Positions 14,686 to 24,270 of a DNA stretch of 24,967 nucleotides are shown in pieces. Made by a program: the position numbers and the translations under genes. The stretch's first letter is position 1; every line of letters starts with the position of its first letter. The DNA comes from a virus (taxonomy: Duplodnaviria; Caudoviricetes), in IMG/VR virus record IMGVR_UViG_3300020045_013322, positions 1-24,967 of that record; one strand, written 5' to 3'. A model generated the notes under the pieces. It was not told the DNA's origin, did not search any database, and worked only from the letters and a program-made list of their open reading frames with translations.

Positions 14686-15897
14686 ATGAAAGGTTTTTTT
14701 GAAAAAGAAGAAACTGGAACTCTTTATAAGTCTGAAAAAGGAATGTTTTCTTGTGTTTCTTGTGGGCTGTATAAAAATGCGCATACTCCAAAAATGAAAC
14801 CGTATGGAGAGTTTAAGAAAAAAATAATGATAATTGGAGAATCTGTAAGCGAAAACGATGATATAAAAGGAATTCCTTGGCAAGATTCTGCTGGACGCTT
14901 GCTGCGTCACCAATACAAAAAATTAGGAGTCGATGTGCTTGAGGATTGTATTAGTCTACATGCGGTAAATTGCCAAATTAATGATCCTACGGAATACCAA
15001 ATTTCTTGTTGTCGCCAAAAAGTTCTAAGCGCCGTGAAGCAATATCAACCAAAAGTAATAATTCTTCATGGTATCAGCGCGGTTTCGTCTCTTATTGGGC
15101 ATAAATGGAAAAAAGATATGGGGGGAGTCATAAAATGGCGTGGGTGGCACATTCCTGATCGAGATTATCAGGCGTGGGTCTGTCCTACGTTCGATCCTTC
15201 TTTTGTCATGTCCCAAGATGAAGAAAACGAAGTTAGTGTTATTTGGGATAATGATTTAAGACAGGCTTTTGAAAAAGTGGAAACAGATTTCCCCAAAGAC
15301 ACAAACGAAGAAGAATCTATCGTTATTTTAGATGACGCCGAAGAGATATTAAAGAAACTAAATAAAGAAACTCCTGATTTACTTGCTTTCGATATCGAGA
15401 CAACAGGACTTAAGCCGTACGACAAGAATAATCATAAAATCGTAACAATATCTTTTTGTGATTCTTGGGACAGCGCCTACGCCGTCCCGTTTCCCGAAGA
15501 TAAACGAAATATCAAACGGTTGAAAAAATTATTAGAGAATCCGAACATCGGTAAAATTGCGGCTAATATGAAATACGAGGCTACTTGGATGAAGATATTG
15601 CATGGTATCGAAGTTTTTCCTTGGTCGTTCGATACTATGTTAGCCGCCCATATTTTAGATAATCGACCGAAAATCACTGGTCTAAAATTTCAAGCGTATG
15701 TCCAATTTGGAATATTGGGGTACGAAGATTACGTGAATTCTTATTTAAAAAGCCCTGATTCAAATACTCCTAATAGAATTATGGAACTGACTAGAAATAA
15801 AGACGCCTTGAAAAAACTATTCATATATAACGGCATGGACAGTTTGCTTGAATATCGGTTAGCGGTAAAGCAAATGCGACAATTAGGGATGAATTAA
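14686..15897 (+). CDS. Family 4 UDG-like domain fused to a PolA-type 3'-5' exonuclease (N-terminal half of a split polymerase)
   Basis: CxxCxL, IMIIGE, AVNC...CC, PTFDPS; Exo motifs FDIETTG, NMKYE, DTML, YNGMDS. Confidence 0.85.
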   Translation: MKGFFEKEETGTLYKSEKGMFSCVSCGLYKNAHTPKMKPYGEFKKKIMIIGESVSENDDIKGIPWQDSAGRLLRHQYKKLGVDVLEDCISLHAVNCQINDPTEYQISCCRQKVLSAVKQYQPKVIILHGISAVSSLIGHKWKKDMGGVIKWRGWHIPDRDYQAWVCPTFDPSFVMSQDEENEVSVIWDNDLRQAFEKVETDFPKDTNEEESIVILDDAEEILKKLNKETPDLLAFDIETTGLKPYDKNNHKIVTISFCDSWDSAYAVPFPEDKRNIKRLKKLLENPNIGKIAANMKYEATWMKILHGIEVFPWSFDTMLAAHILDNRPKITGLKFQAYVQFGILGYEDYVNSYLKSPDSNTPNRIMELTRNKDALKKLFIYNGMDSLLEYRLAVKQMRQLGMN

Positions 15898-17274
15898 ATG
15901 AATGATTATCAAGAGTTTATTAATAGAAAAACACAATTAGGTATTAATTATGGATTTAGTCCTATATTTTTGCCTGATTACTTAATAGATTTTCAAAAGG
16001 CGTTAGTTGAGTGGTCTTTGCGAAAAGGACGAGGCGCTCTATTTGCTGATTGTGGTTTAGGAAAAACAATTATGCAATTAGTTTGGGCGCAAAATATAGT
16101 TGAAAAAGAGAATAAAAATGTTCTGATTTTAACGCCTCTGGCGGTATCGACGCAGACAATTAGAGAAGGGGAAAAGTTTGGGATAAAAGTTAATCACTCA
16201 AGGGAGGGAAAAATAAAAAAAGGAATTACCGTTACTAATTACGAGCGTTTACACTACTTTAATCCGAATGATTTTATAGGCGTGGCGTGCGATGAATCGA
16301 GCATATTAAAAAATTTTGATGGTACACGAAAAGCCGAGATAACGGACTTTATGAGAAAAATTCCGTATCGGTTGTTGTGTACCGCAACGGCAGCGCCAAA
16401 TGATTTTAATGAGCTTGGGACTAGTAGCGAAGCGTTGGGGAATCTCGGATGCGTAGATATGCTTAATAGATTTTTTAAAAACGATAACAACAATTCTAAA
16501 ATCGGACGACATTACGGGGAACAAGTTAAATGGCGATTAAAAGGCCATGCCGAGGATCCTTTTTGGCGCTGGGTTTGTTCCTGGGCTAGAGCGGTTAGAA
16601 AACCGTCTGATTTAGGTTTTGATGATACTGATTTTATATTACCCCCATTAGTTGAGCATATTCACGATGTAAAAGTTAATTCTGTTCAAGATGGCCGATT
16701 GTTTGCTTTGCCCGCTCTAAATTTATTTGAGCAAAGAGAAGAAAATAGGCGCTCAATTAATGAGCGGTGCGAAATGGTTTCTGAGCTCGTAAAAACAGGC
16801 AAGCCCGTTTTAGTTTGGTGCCATTTAAACGCCGAGGGCGATTTACTGAAAAACATAATTCCCGATGCTGTCCAAATTAGTGGAAGCGACACAGATGAAA
16901 AAAAGGAATCAAAGTTTTTAGATTTCATAAATGGAAACACGCGGGTATTAGTAACAAAGCCAAAAATAGGAGCGTGGGGGCTAAATTTCCAGCATTGTTC
17001 TCATATAACCTATTTCCCAAGTCATTCATTTGAGCAGTATTATCAAGGAGTTAGGCGTTGCTGGCGATTTGGACAAAAAAACTCTGTAAAGGTTGATATC
17101 GTAACAACAGAAGGCGGCAAGGCGATACTGGCAAACTTGCAAAGAAAAGCAAAACAAGCCGACCAAATGTTCGATAATTTAATTGCGCAAATGAATAATG
17201 TTTTAAATATTAAAAAAGAAAAAAACGAAGGTAACAATGTGGAGGTTCCTGAATGGCTAAAAATCAAGTCATAA
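15898..17274 (+). CDS. SNF2-like SF2 helicase
   Basis: DCGLGKT, DESS, TAT, GLNFQ, QGVRRCWRFGQ. Confidence 0.9.
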   Translation: MNDYQEFINRKTQLGINYGFSPIFLPDYLIDFQKALVEWSLRKGRGALFADCGLGKTIMQLVWAQNIVEKENKNVLILTPLAVSTQTIREGEKFGIKVNHSREGKIKKGITVTNYERLHYFNPNDFIGVACDESSILKNFDGTRKAEITDFMRKIPYRLLCTATAAPNDFNELGTSSEALGNLGCVDMLNRFFKNDNNNSKIGRHYGEQVKWRLKGHAEDPFWRWVCSWARAVRKPSDLGFDDTDFILPPLVEHIHDVKVNSVQDGRLFALPALNLFEQREENRRSINERCEMVSELVKTGKPVLVWCHLNAEGDLLKNIIPDAVQISGSDTDEKKESKFLDFINGNTRVLVTKPKIGAWGLNFQHCSHITYFPSHSFEQYYQGVRRCWRFGQKNSVKVDIVTTEGGKAILANLQRKAKQADQMFDNLIAQMNNVLNIKKEKNEGNNVEVPEWLKIKS

Positions 17275-18203
17275 AAGAAAAGTATGCTATTTACAATTCC
17301 GATTGCTTAGAAGTGATGCCGACTTTTCCTGATAATTCTATTCATTTATCTGTTTACTCGCCTCCTTTTTGCGGCATGTATCATTATTCATCCAACGAAC
17401 GTGATTTATCTAATTGTAAAGATTATGATGAGTTTTTTGACCACTATGATTATGTGGTAAAAGAGCTGTTCAGATTGACCATGCCTGGGAGAATGACGGC
17501 GGTACACTGTATGGATATTCCTAGCGGAAATACTGGAGCGGGTTATTTAATAGATTTTCCCGGCGATATAATTAGACTTCACGAGAAAATAGGTTTTAGA
17601 TACATAGCTCGGTATAGTATCTGGAAAGAGCCGCTGGGAGTTCGAAATAGAACAATGGCGAAAGGCCTAATGCATAAAACAATAGTAGAAGATTCTTCCC
17701 GGTGTTCTAATGCGGCGGCTGATTACTTGCTTGTGTTTAGAAAACGTGGAACAAGCCCAGTGCCCATAGAACACCCAATAGGATTATTAGATTATGCTGG
17801 GGAACGTACTCCGCCTGCTGATGTATTAAAATATCGTGGACATAAAGGAAATCAGATAGAAAATCGTTTTTCTCATTGGATATGGAGACAATATGCTTCG
17901 GCCTTTTGGGATGACATTAGGCTGTCCCGCGTTTTGCCTTTTAAAGAAACACGAGAAGAAGGGGACGAAAAACACGTACACCCATTACAATTAGATGTTA
18001 TAGAACGCATAATAACCCTTTGGTCGAATGAAAAAGAAAATGTACTAACACCATTCATGGGAGTGGGGTCAGAGGCTTACAGCGCGGTTAGGATGAATCG
18101 CAAGGCCATCGGGATAGAGTTAAAAGAATCATATTTTAGACAAGCAAAATATAATATAGAGCAAGCAACGATTGTTAAACAAAATATTCAAAAATTGTTT
18201 TGA
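17253..18203 (+). CDS. N4C/N6A DNA methyltransferase (beta class)
   Basis: SPPF catalytic motif, KHVHP, TPFMGVGSE, GIELK. Confidence 0.9.
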   Translation: MAKNQVIKEKYAIYNSDCLEVMPTFPDNSIHLSVYSPPFCGMYHYSSNERDLSNCKDYDEFFDHYDYVVKELFRLTMPGRMTAVHCMDIPSGNTGAGYLIDFPGDIIRLHEKIGFRYIARYSIWKEPLGVRNRTMAKGLMHKTIVEDSSRCSNAAADYLLVFRKRGTSPVPIEHPIGLLDYAGERTPPADVLKYRGHKGNQIENRFSHWIWRQYASAFWDDIRLSRVLPFKETREEGDEKHVHPLQLDVIERIITLWSNEKENVLTPFMGVGSEAYSAVRMNRKAIGIELKESYFRQAKYNIEQATIVKQNIQKLF

Positions 18204-18221
18204 TCTTATAAAGGAATAGAT

Positions 18222-18854
18222 ATGAAAAATCCATGGATTAGGACATTTACAGGTCTCCGATTTTATCCAGCAAATCCAAAAATAGAAGATATCGATATCA
18301 GGGACATCGTTCACGGATTAAGTAATACCTGCCGATATAATGGACAATGTGAGTATTTCTTTTCTGTTGCGCAACACTCTTTGAATTGCGCTGAATATGC
18401 GGCTAAAAAACATTCTAATCGACTTCAATTATTATGTCTGTTACACGATGCCGCAGAGGCGTATGTTTCTGATATTCCTGCTCCTATTAAGCCTCTTATT
18501 CCTGAATTTGCAAGAATAGAAGATAGTATTATGCGAGTAATATATGAAGCTTTTAATATCGTCCCGCCATCTCCATCTGAATATCTTGTGATCAAAGAAA
18601 TAGATAAAATAATGCTAGAAACAGAAATGAATCATCTTATGCCGTTTGCGGATTCGGTCGATCCTGAAATATTATTTGTTATAGGCGCTGGAATAAAAAT
18701 AGAACAATGCTGTCCGAAAAAAATCGAATTAGATTTTTTGGTAAAATTTAAAACATTACTACATAAGGAGGTGTCTAATAATGAAACAGAAAAAAGCACA
18801 AGGGACGATTGGGGAGTCCGAAAAACTTGTCAAATTGACAACAGAAGCAACTAG
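18222..18854 (+). CDS. HD-domain phosphohydrolase (YfbR/YfdR-like deoxynucleotidase)
   Basis: DIVHGLS..CRYNG, SVAQHS, LLHDAAEAYVSD. Confidence 0.88.
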   Translation: MKNPWIRTFTGLRFYPANPKIEDIDIRDIVHGLSNTCRYNGQCEYFFSVAQHSLNCAEYAAKKHSNRLQLLCLLHDAAEAYVSDIPAPIKPLIPEFARIEDSIMRVIYEAFNIVPPSPSEYLVIKEIDKIMLETEMNHLMPFADSVDPEILFVIGAGIKIEQCCPKKIELDFLVKFKTLLHKEVSNNETEKSTRDDWGVRKTCQIDNRSN

Positions 18855-18966
18855 CGCATTGGAAAAACTAGCCGCTAAATATTCTAGAGACGTGAGCCGT
18901 AGAGAAATAGTTTCTCAGGCCGTGATTGAAAAATACGAAAGGGAAAACCAAATTGAGAATAGTTAA
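18781..18966 (+). CDS. Small ribbon-helix-helix-like DNA-binding protein
   Basis: AAGGAGGTG RBS; strand-helix-helix pattern LVKLT...LEKLA...SRREIVSQAV. Confidence 0.55.
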   Translation: MKQKKAQGTIGESEKLVKLTTEATSALEKLAAKYSRDVSRREIVSQAVIEKYERENQIENS

Positions 18967-19597
18967 ACCATCCATAAAGTTACTTTGGGTTACGCCAAAT
19001 GCGGAACAAATGATTGAGACTGCGGGACGCACTTGTTACAAAAGCGAGGATCGGATAACCGAGAAGTCGGCGGGCGAATTTGTTAAACGAATAGTACATT
19101 CAGGACACCATGCTATGATTGAACATGCATCTGCGTCTTTTCGTATTATCACAGATCGCGGAATCACGCATGAAATTGTACGCCATCGCTTGGCGTCGTA
19201 TGCGCAGGAGTCTACTAGGTACTGTAATTACAGCAAAGATAAATTTGGGAATGAGTGTGCGTTTATCCAACCGCCGGAGTTGGAAAATGAACGAGCATTT
19301 GGGGTGTGGGAAACGGCGTGTAGTGTAGCAGAAGCAAACTATTTTGGTCTTCTTGCGTCAGGAATTTCCCCGCAGATAGCACGCGCTGTTCTTCCGAATT
19401 GTCTCAAAACAGAGATTGTTATGACTGCGAATTTTAGGGAGTGGCGGCATTTTATTGCTCTTAGAAGTTCCCCCCATGCTCATCCGCAAATCAGGCCGAT
19501 TGCGGCGACTATCTATGATGTTTTAATGAAGCATGCCCCAAACGCGTTTGATGATTTGGAGGTGTTTCCCAAAATTGAACGAGTCGAAAAAAGCTAA
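18926..19597 (+). CDS. thyX: FAD-dependent thymidylate synthase
   Basis: RHRLASYAQESTR signature; GHHAMIEH; ARAVLP; NFREWRHF. Confidence 0.96.
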   Translation: MKNTKGKTKLRIVKPSIKLLWVTPNAEQMIETAGRTCYKSEDRITEKSAGEFVKRIVHSGHHAMIEHASASFRIITDRGITHEIVRHRLASYAQESTRYCNYSKDKFGNECAFIQPPELENERAFGVWETACSVAEANYFGLLASGISPQIARAVLPNCLKTEIVMTANFREWRHFIALRSSPHAHPQIRPIAATIYDVLMKHAPNAFDDLEVFPKIERVEKS

Positions 19598-19775
19598 AAA
19601 CCGTCCCGAAGATCAGCCAATGCCGATTAAGAATGAACGTCGGGATATCGGAATTAAACGCTACGGAACGGCACTACAGCCGTTCAATGGCCGCAACATG
19701 CTTCAGGACGCATATGAAGAAGCGTTGGACTTGGCAATATATTTAAGAGGTTGTATTGCTGAACAAGAGGATTAA
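19575..19775 (+). CDS. Small conserved phage protein, possibly MazG-like NTP pyrophosphatase fold
   Basis: GIKRYGTALQPFNGR...DAYEEALDLAIY; start moved to TTG 19575 after GGAGGTG. Confidence 0.55.
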   Translation: MNESKKAKNRPEDQPMPIKNERRDIGIKRYGTALQPFNGRNMLQDAYEEALDLAIYLRGCIAEQED

Positions 19776-19781
19776 TAGAAA

Positions 19782-21155
19782 TTGAAAATCAAAGCATCCA
19801 CAAAAGACGCGTATCAATTAGTCCATGATGGTATTCTTGCGCTTGCTAGAGCTGAGCAACAAGGCATTAGGATTGATACCGAATATTGTGAAAAGAAAAA
19901 ACAGCACATTACTCGTAGAATAGATCATTTACAAAAACAAATAGAGGGCACTAAGTTTTATCGAAGATGGAATCATATTTATGGATCAAAAACAAATATT
20001 TATAGCAACCATCAATTATCCAATATTTTGTACAAAATAATGAAAGTCACTCCTCCTAAATTAACGAATAAGGGAAATATGGGGGCGACAGACGAAGACG
20101 CGTTAAGTCATATTGACATTCCCGAATTAAAACTTATTTTACAAATGCGCAAATTAGCTAAAATACGAGATACGTATTTAGAAGCGTTTCTTCGGGAAGA
20201 GGTGGGCGGCTATATTCATCCGTTTTTTCATTTACATCTTGCTCGTACGTATCGTTCTTCATCGTCCAGTCCCAACTTCCAGAATATTCCCAAGAGAGAT
20301 AAAGAGGCGCTTAAAATTTGTCGCGGCGCATTATTCCCGCGTCCCGAACATCAATTATTAGAAGCAGATTTTTCCGCTATTGAAGTAAATATTAGTTGCC
20401 AATACCACAAAGACCCGGTTATGCTCAGCTATCTTAAAGATGAAAACTCAGATATGCATTTAGATATGGCTAAACAAATATTTATATTTGACTCTTTAGA
20501 TAAAAATACGCCTTCTCATAGTATCCTTAGACAAGCTGCAAAGAACGGCTTTGTATTTCCTCAATTTTATGGGGATTACTATGAAAATAATGCTAAAGGA
20601 ATCGCTGAATGGATAAAATTACCCCAAACAAAATGGCGTCTTGGTACCGGCATTAAATTATCAGAAGATAAATACATATCAGATCATTTGATACAGCATG
20701 GAATAAAATCATTTACGCATTTTGTTGAGCATATGAAGGATGTCGAAAATGATTTTTGGACTAGGCGTTTCAAGGGATATGCAGCATGGAGAAAAGCATG
20801 GGTGAAAAAATATAGAGAGTTAGGTTATCTTAAAATGTTATCAGGTTTTGTTTGTTCTGGGACATTGCGAAAAAATGAAATTATAAATTATCCTATTCAA
20901 GGAACTGCATTTCATTGCCTGCTATATACTTTTATTAAATTGGATGAAATTATGAGAAAAGAATCATGGGATTCAAAATTAATTGGACAAATACACGATT
21001 CGATTCTCATGGACGTAAATCCCAATGAACTCGTGCGCATCGAAACAACAATTCAAAAAATCGTAAAAGAAGAACTGCCTAAATTCTTTAAATGGATTGT
21101 AATTCCTTTAGAGATTGAAATAGAAGTTTATGAAGGGGATAAGCCATGGGTTTAG
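19782..21155 (+). CDS. polA: Family A DNA polymerase, polymerase domain only
   Basis: TYRSSSSSPNFQNIP, motif A ADFSAIE, motif B RQAAKNGFVFPQFYG, NYPIQGTA, motif C QIHDS. Confidence 0.93.
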   Translation: MKIKASTKDAYQLVHDGILALARAEQQGIRIDTEYCEKKKQHITRRIDHLQKQIEGTKFYRRWNHIYGSKTNIYSNHQLSNILYKIMKVTPPKLTNKGNMGATDEDALSHIDIPELKLILQMRKLAKIRDTYLEAFLREEVGGYIHPFFHLHLARTYRSSSSSPNFQNIPKRDKEALKICRGALFPRPEHQLLEADFSAIEVNISCQYHKDPVMLSYLKDENSDMHLDMAKQIFIFDSLDKNTPSHSILRQAAKNGFVFPQFYGDYYENNAKGIAEWIKLPQTKWRLGTGIKLSEDKYISDHLIQHGIKSFTHFVEHMKDVENDFWTRRFKGYAAWRKAWVKKYRELGYLKMLSGFVCSGTLRKNEIINYPIQGTAFHCLLYTFIKLDEIMRKESWDSKLIGQIHDSILMDVNPNELVRIETTIQKIVKEELPKFFKWIVIPLEIEIEVYEGDKPWV

Positions 21156-21322
21156 AGCGCGTACTTAAAATCGCGATACACAAACATTGTATCGAATGTA
21201 ATGGGGGAAGCCGACAGGAGGTAAAACTTTGCCAAATTCCTGATTGTCCGCTTTATTTATTTCGTTGTCCCGATGCCCAGAAAATAAGAAAAATTACGAA
21301 AAGAGGAAATAATGAAAAATGA
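21146..21322 (+). CDS. Small zinc-finger protein, 58 aa (not in ORF track)
   Basis: MGLERVLKIAIHKHCIECNGGSRQEVKLCQIPDCPLYLFR...; fills the gap between polymerase and clamp loader. Confidence 0.8.
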   Translation: MGLERVLKIAIHKHCIECNGGSRQEVKLCQIPDCPLYLFRCPDAQKIRKITKRGNNEK

Positions 21323-22244
21323 AGAAGTATTGTATTTAAAATATCGCCCACAATCGCTAGATGAAATTATGGGAAATACGGAGCTTGTAGAAGCGTTGAA
21401 AAATCAGTTACATGGGGACGCCCCTATGCCAAGAGCAATATTAATGCATGGAGAAACAGGGTGCGGGAAAACAACTATTGGTAGAATTATTGCAAAAGAA
21501 CTCGGTGCTAAAGGGGCTGATTTACGAGAAATTGACGCTTCCGATTTTAGAGGGATTGATACCATTCGTGATATTCGTAAGCAGAGTGCCTATATGCCAT
21601 TAGAGAGTTCTTGTCGAGTTTGGATCATGGATGAGACTCACGGACTTGGCAGAGATGCCCAAAATGCACTACTAAAATCACTAGAGGACACGCCTAAGCA
21701 TGTGTATTATATTCTTTGCACTACTGACCCACAAAAATTATTACCTACTATTAGAGGTCGTTGCGCACAGTTTAAAGTCGAACCATTGACTGATCGAGAT
21801 ATGAAACGATTGTTGCATCGAATAGCAAAATCTGAAAATGAAATAATAACTAAAGAAGTGTACGACCAAATCATTCAAGACAGTATGGGGCATTCGCGAA
21901 ATGCTTTACAAATATTATCTCAAGTATTAGCGGTAGGAGAAGACAAAAGATTGGAGGTGTCGAAAAGAACCGCAGAAACACAATCTAAAACAATTGAATT
22001 GTGTCGGGCATTGGTCAATGGAGATTCTTGGAAAAAGATTTCTGATATTTTGAAAGGATTAAAAAACGAAGACCCGGAACAAATCAGAAGAGCGGTATTA
22101 GGATATTGCCAATCCGTATTGTTAAATAATGGGAGTCAGAATGATGGAATTGCGGCAATAATGGAAGAATTTATCGAGCCTTTGTTTAATTCAGGATTTT
22201 CTGGATTGGTGCTAGCGTGTTATTCTGCAAAATTTTCAGAATAA
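21312..22244 (+). CDS. dnaX: DnaX (gamma/tau)-like AAA+ clamp loader subunit
   Basis: LYLKYRP, GETGCGKTT, DETH, NALLKSLED, TIRGRC. Confidence 0.9.
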   Translation: MKNEEVLYLKYRPQSLDEIMGNTELVEALKNQLHGDAPMPRAILMHGETGCGKTTIGRIIAKELGAKGADLREIDASDFRGIDTIRDIRKQSAYMPLESSCRVWIMDETHGLGRDAQNALLKSLEDTPKHVYYILCTTDPQKLLPTIRGRCAQFKVEPLTDRDMKRLLHRIAKSENEIITKEVYDQIIQDSMGHSRNALQILSQVLAVGEDKRLEVSKRTAETQSKTIELCRALVNGDSWKKISDILKGLKNEDPEQIRRAVLGYCQSVLLNNGSQNDGIAAIMEEFIEPLFNSGFSGLVLACYSAKFSE

Positions 22245-22279
22245 TTCTAATTTAAACGATGTTGGTTTGTATAATAATA
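22245..22279 (+). promoter_or_regulatory. Phage promoter motif
   Basis: TTCTAATTTAAACGATGTTGGTTTGTATAATAATA; near-identical to 7705-7739 (-). Confidence 0.85.
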
Positions 22280-22280
22280 A

Positions 22281-22799
22281 ATGGAGGAAAAAATGAATAA
22301 TTTAGATTATGAAAACGACATAAACATTGATCCAAGCTCATTGGATATTGAATGGGTACGACAAGCAGAATTAATGCATAAATATGCTAGTCACGCTGCT
22401 GACACTAAACGAGATATGGATGATGCTAAGGAATGCTTAGATACAGGAAAAGCTAAAATTGAAATGCTCATACGAAATGTTCCAGACCAATACGGATTAG
22501 CGAAAGTTACTGAAGGCGCGATTCAAAGTACTATATTATTGCAAGAAGACTATCAGGAACTTGCGAAAGTTTATGGTGAAGCGAAATACGAAAATGATAT
22601 CGCCCTTGCCGCTGTTCGGGCAATCGACCAAAAAAAGACCGCTTTAGAAAATTTAGTCAAGCTTTTAGGACAATCTTATTTTGCTGGCCCACAAGCCCCG
22701 AGAGACCTGTCTGGAGAATGGGCAAAAGAACAAGAAAGAAAAGATAAGAATAAAAAAGTCAAAATCGCACGTCGGAGAACAGGACACCACGAGGACTAA
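22281..22799 (+). CDS. UvsY-like recombination mediator (coiled coil)
   Basis: Helical protein of about 170 aa located between clamp loader and SSB; true start may be the second ATG at 22293. Confidence 0.6.
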   Translation: MEEKMNNLDYENDINIDPSSLDIEWVRQAELMHKYASHAADTKRDMDDAKECLDTGKAKIEMLIRNVPDQYGLAKVTEGAIQSTILLQEDYQELAKVYGEAKYENDIALAAVRAIDQKKTALENLVKLLGQSYFAGPQAPRDLSGEWAKEQERKDKNKKVKIARRRTGHHED

Positions 22800-22957
22800 T
22801 GAATAGTATAGAAATTTCAATGTTTCAAATACTAATAATAATAGGGGCGGTGAGTGCTGGAGTATCATTTTTAACAATAATTATTTCTGCGTTTTCATAT
22901 ATTGGAAAAGTATTAGCAATGAGGCTGATGTTTAAGAAAAATAAAGGAGAAAACTAA
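22799..22957 (+). CDS. Small membrane protein, 52 aa (not in ORF track)
   Basis: MNSIEISMFQILIIIGAVSAGVSFLTIIISAFSYIGK...; TAATG coupling to the upstream gene. Confidence 0.7.
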   Translation: MNSIEISMFQILIIIGAVSAGVSFLTIIISAFSYIGKVLAMRLMFKKNKGEN

Positions 22958-22959
22958 TC

Positions 22960-23991
22960 GTGGCAAAAAGAAAAAGAAAATTTAAGGGCGGCGTGAGTAG
23001 GAACGCGGCCAAACAGGCAAGAGGGTCTTCGTATGGGCATTTAAATTTGCCTAATGGAATTAGTGTATTTAAAGAAGACGCAAAAACAAGAGTATCATTA
23101 GATATCATGCCATATGAAATCACTTCAAAGACGCATCCTGATAGAGATGACGAATATGAAGTAGCAGTTCCTGGAGAACTATGGTACAAGCGCCCTTATT
23201 GGAAGCATAGAGGTATTGGCGCAGATAATGGATCTATCGTGTGTCCGGCAAGTGATAATAAACCATGCCCTATATGCGAATATCGAAAGCAGTTATTACA
23301 AGATGGGGCAGATTGGAATGATGATTCCGTAAAAGCGTTACGTGCGTCTCTGCGTAATCTATATGTAGTGATTCCTAAAGGGCATAAAGATTATGCCGAA
23401 TCTCCTCATATTTGGGATATTTCTCAATACCTATTTCAGAACAAATTAAATGAGGAGATTCAAGAATCCGAAGAACATGAGACTTTTCCTGATTTGGAAG
23501 ATGGGTTCACTCTTCGTCTTCGGTTCAGTGAGGAAAGTTTTGGCTCAAATAAGTACGCGGAAACAAGCCGCATTGATTTCATCGAACGAAAAAAAGCATA
23601 CGACGAATCAATATTAGATGAAATTCCTTCTTTAGATGATGTTTTAATTGTGCCGTCTTATAAAGCGGTAGAAGCATTGTTTTTTGGAGGAATAGACCAA
23701 GAAGGCGATGCTGATGATATCGGGGACGATGATGAGGCCGAAGCATCTAATAAAAAAAGAAGCAATGAGAAATCAACAAAAAAAGAGAACGCGGAAGATT
23801 TAGAAGACGCGGAAGATTTAGAAGAGTCCGCGCCGCAAAAAGAAAAAGCAGAAAAAAAATCCGCTCGACAAAAAAATAAAAAGGAGAAAGAATGTCCGCA
23901 TGGTCATGTTTTTGGAGATGATTTTGAAGATCATGAGGAATGCGATGATTGTGATGAGTGGGACGATTGTATGGAAAAATCCGGCACTTAG
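22960..23991 (+). CDS. T4 gp32-like single-stranded DNA-binding protein
   Basis: YWKH...CP...CPICE zinc motif, acidic tail, location in replication module. Confidence 0.75.
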   Translation: MAKRKRKFKGGVSRNAAKQARGSSYGHLNLPNGISVFKEDAKTRVSLDIMPYEITSKTHPDRDDEYEVAVPGELWYKRPYWKHRGIGADNGSIVCPASDNKPCPICEYRKQLLQDGADWNDDSVKALRASLRNLYVVIPKGHKDYAESPHIWDISQYLFQNKLNEEIQESEEHETFPDLEDGFTLRLRFSEESFGSNKYAETSRIDFIERKKAYDESILDEIPSLDDVLIVPSYKAVEALFFGGIDQEGDADDIGDDDEAEASNKKRSNEKSTKKENAEDLEDAEDLEESAPQKEKAEKKSARQKNKKEKECPHGHVFGDDFEDHEECDDCDEWDDCMEKSGT

Positions 23992-24020
23992 TCGGTAGGA
24001 GGATAAGGGAAAGAGGTCAA

Positions 24021-24269
24021 ATGAATCACGCGAAATATGCAATGGGCGTAATAATGGTTGTGGCGGGGGTGGTCGGGGGACTATACATAGGAGCATACCT
24101 TATGTTTTTCGGCGGCATCGTACAAATTATCGACGGCATAAAGAACGACTTTCAGTCGGTAAGCATTGCAATGGGAATTGTGAAGATGGTTTTTGCAAGC
24201 ACGCTTGGGGTGTTATCTGCGACGGTATTGATTTTTCCCGGCGCGGCGATGTTGAAGAGGGGGCGCTGA
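24021..24269 (+). CDS. Two-TM membrane protein
   Basis: ATG 24021 after GAGG RBS; two hydrophobic segments. Confidence 0.7.
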   Translation: MNHAKYAMGVIMVVAGVVGGLYIGAYLMFFGGIVQIIDGIKNDFQSVSIAMGIVKMVFASTLGVLSATVLIFPGAAMLKRGR

Positions 24270-24270
24270 A

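Noticed and set aside
15898-18203. SNF2 helicase plus MTase as DISARM or a restriction-modification system
   Set aside because: No nuclease or other drm-like genes; this pair is common phage cargo
15898-19781. Intron or intein interrupting the polymerase
   Set aside because: The interval is filled with ordinary genes, has no homing endonuclease or reverse transcriptase, and both halves have their own start and stop
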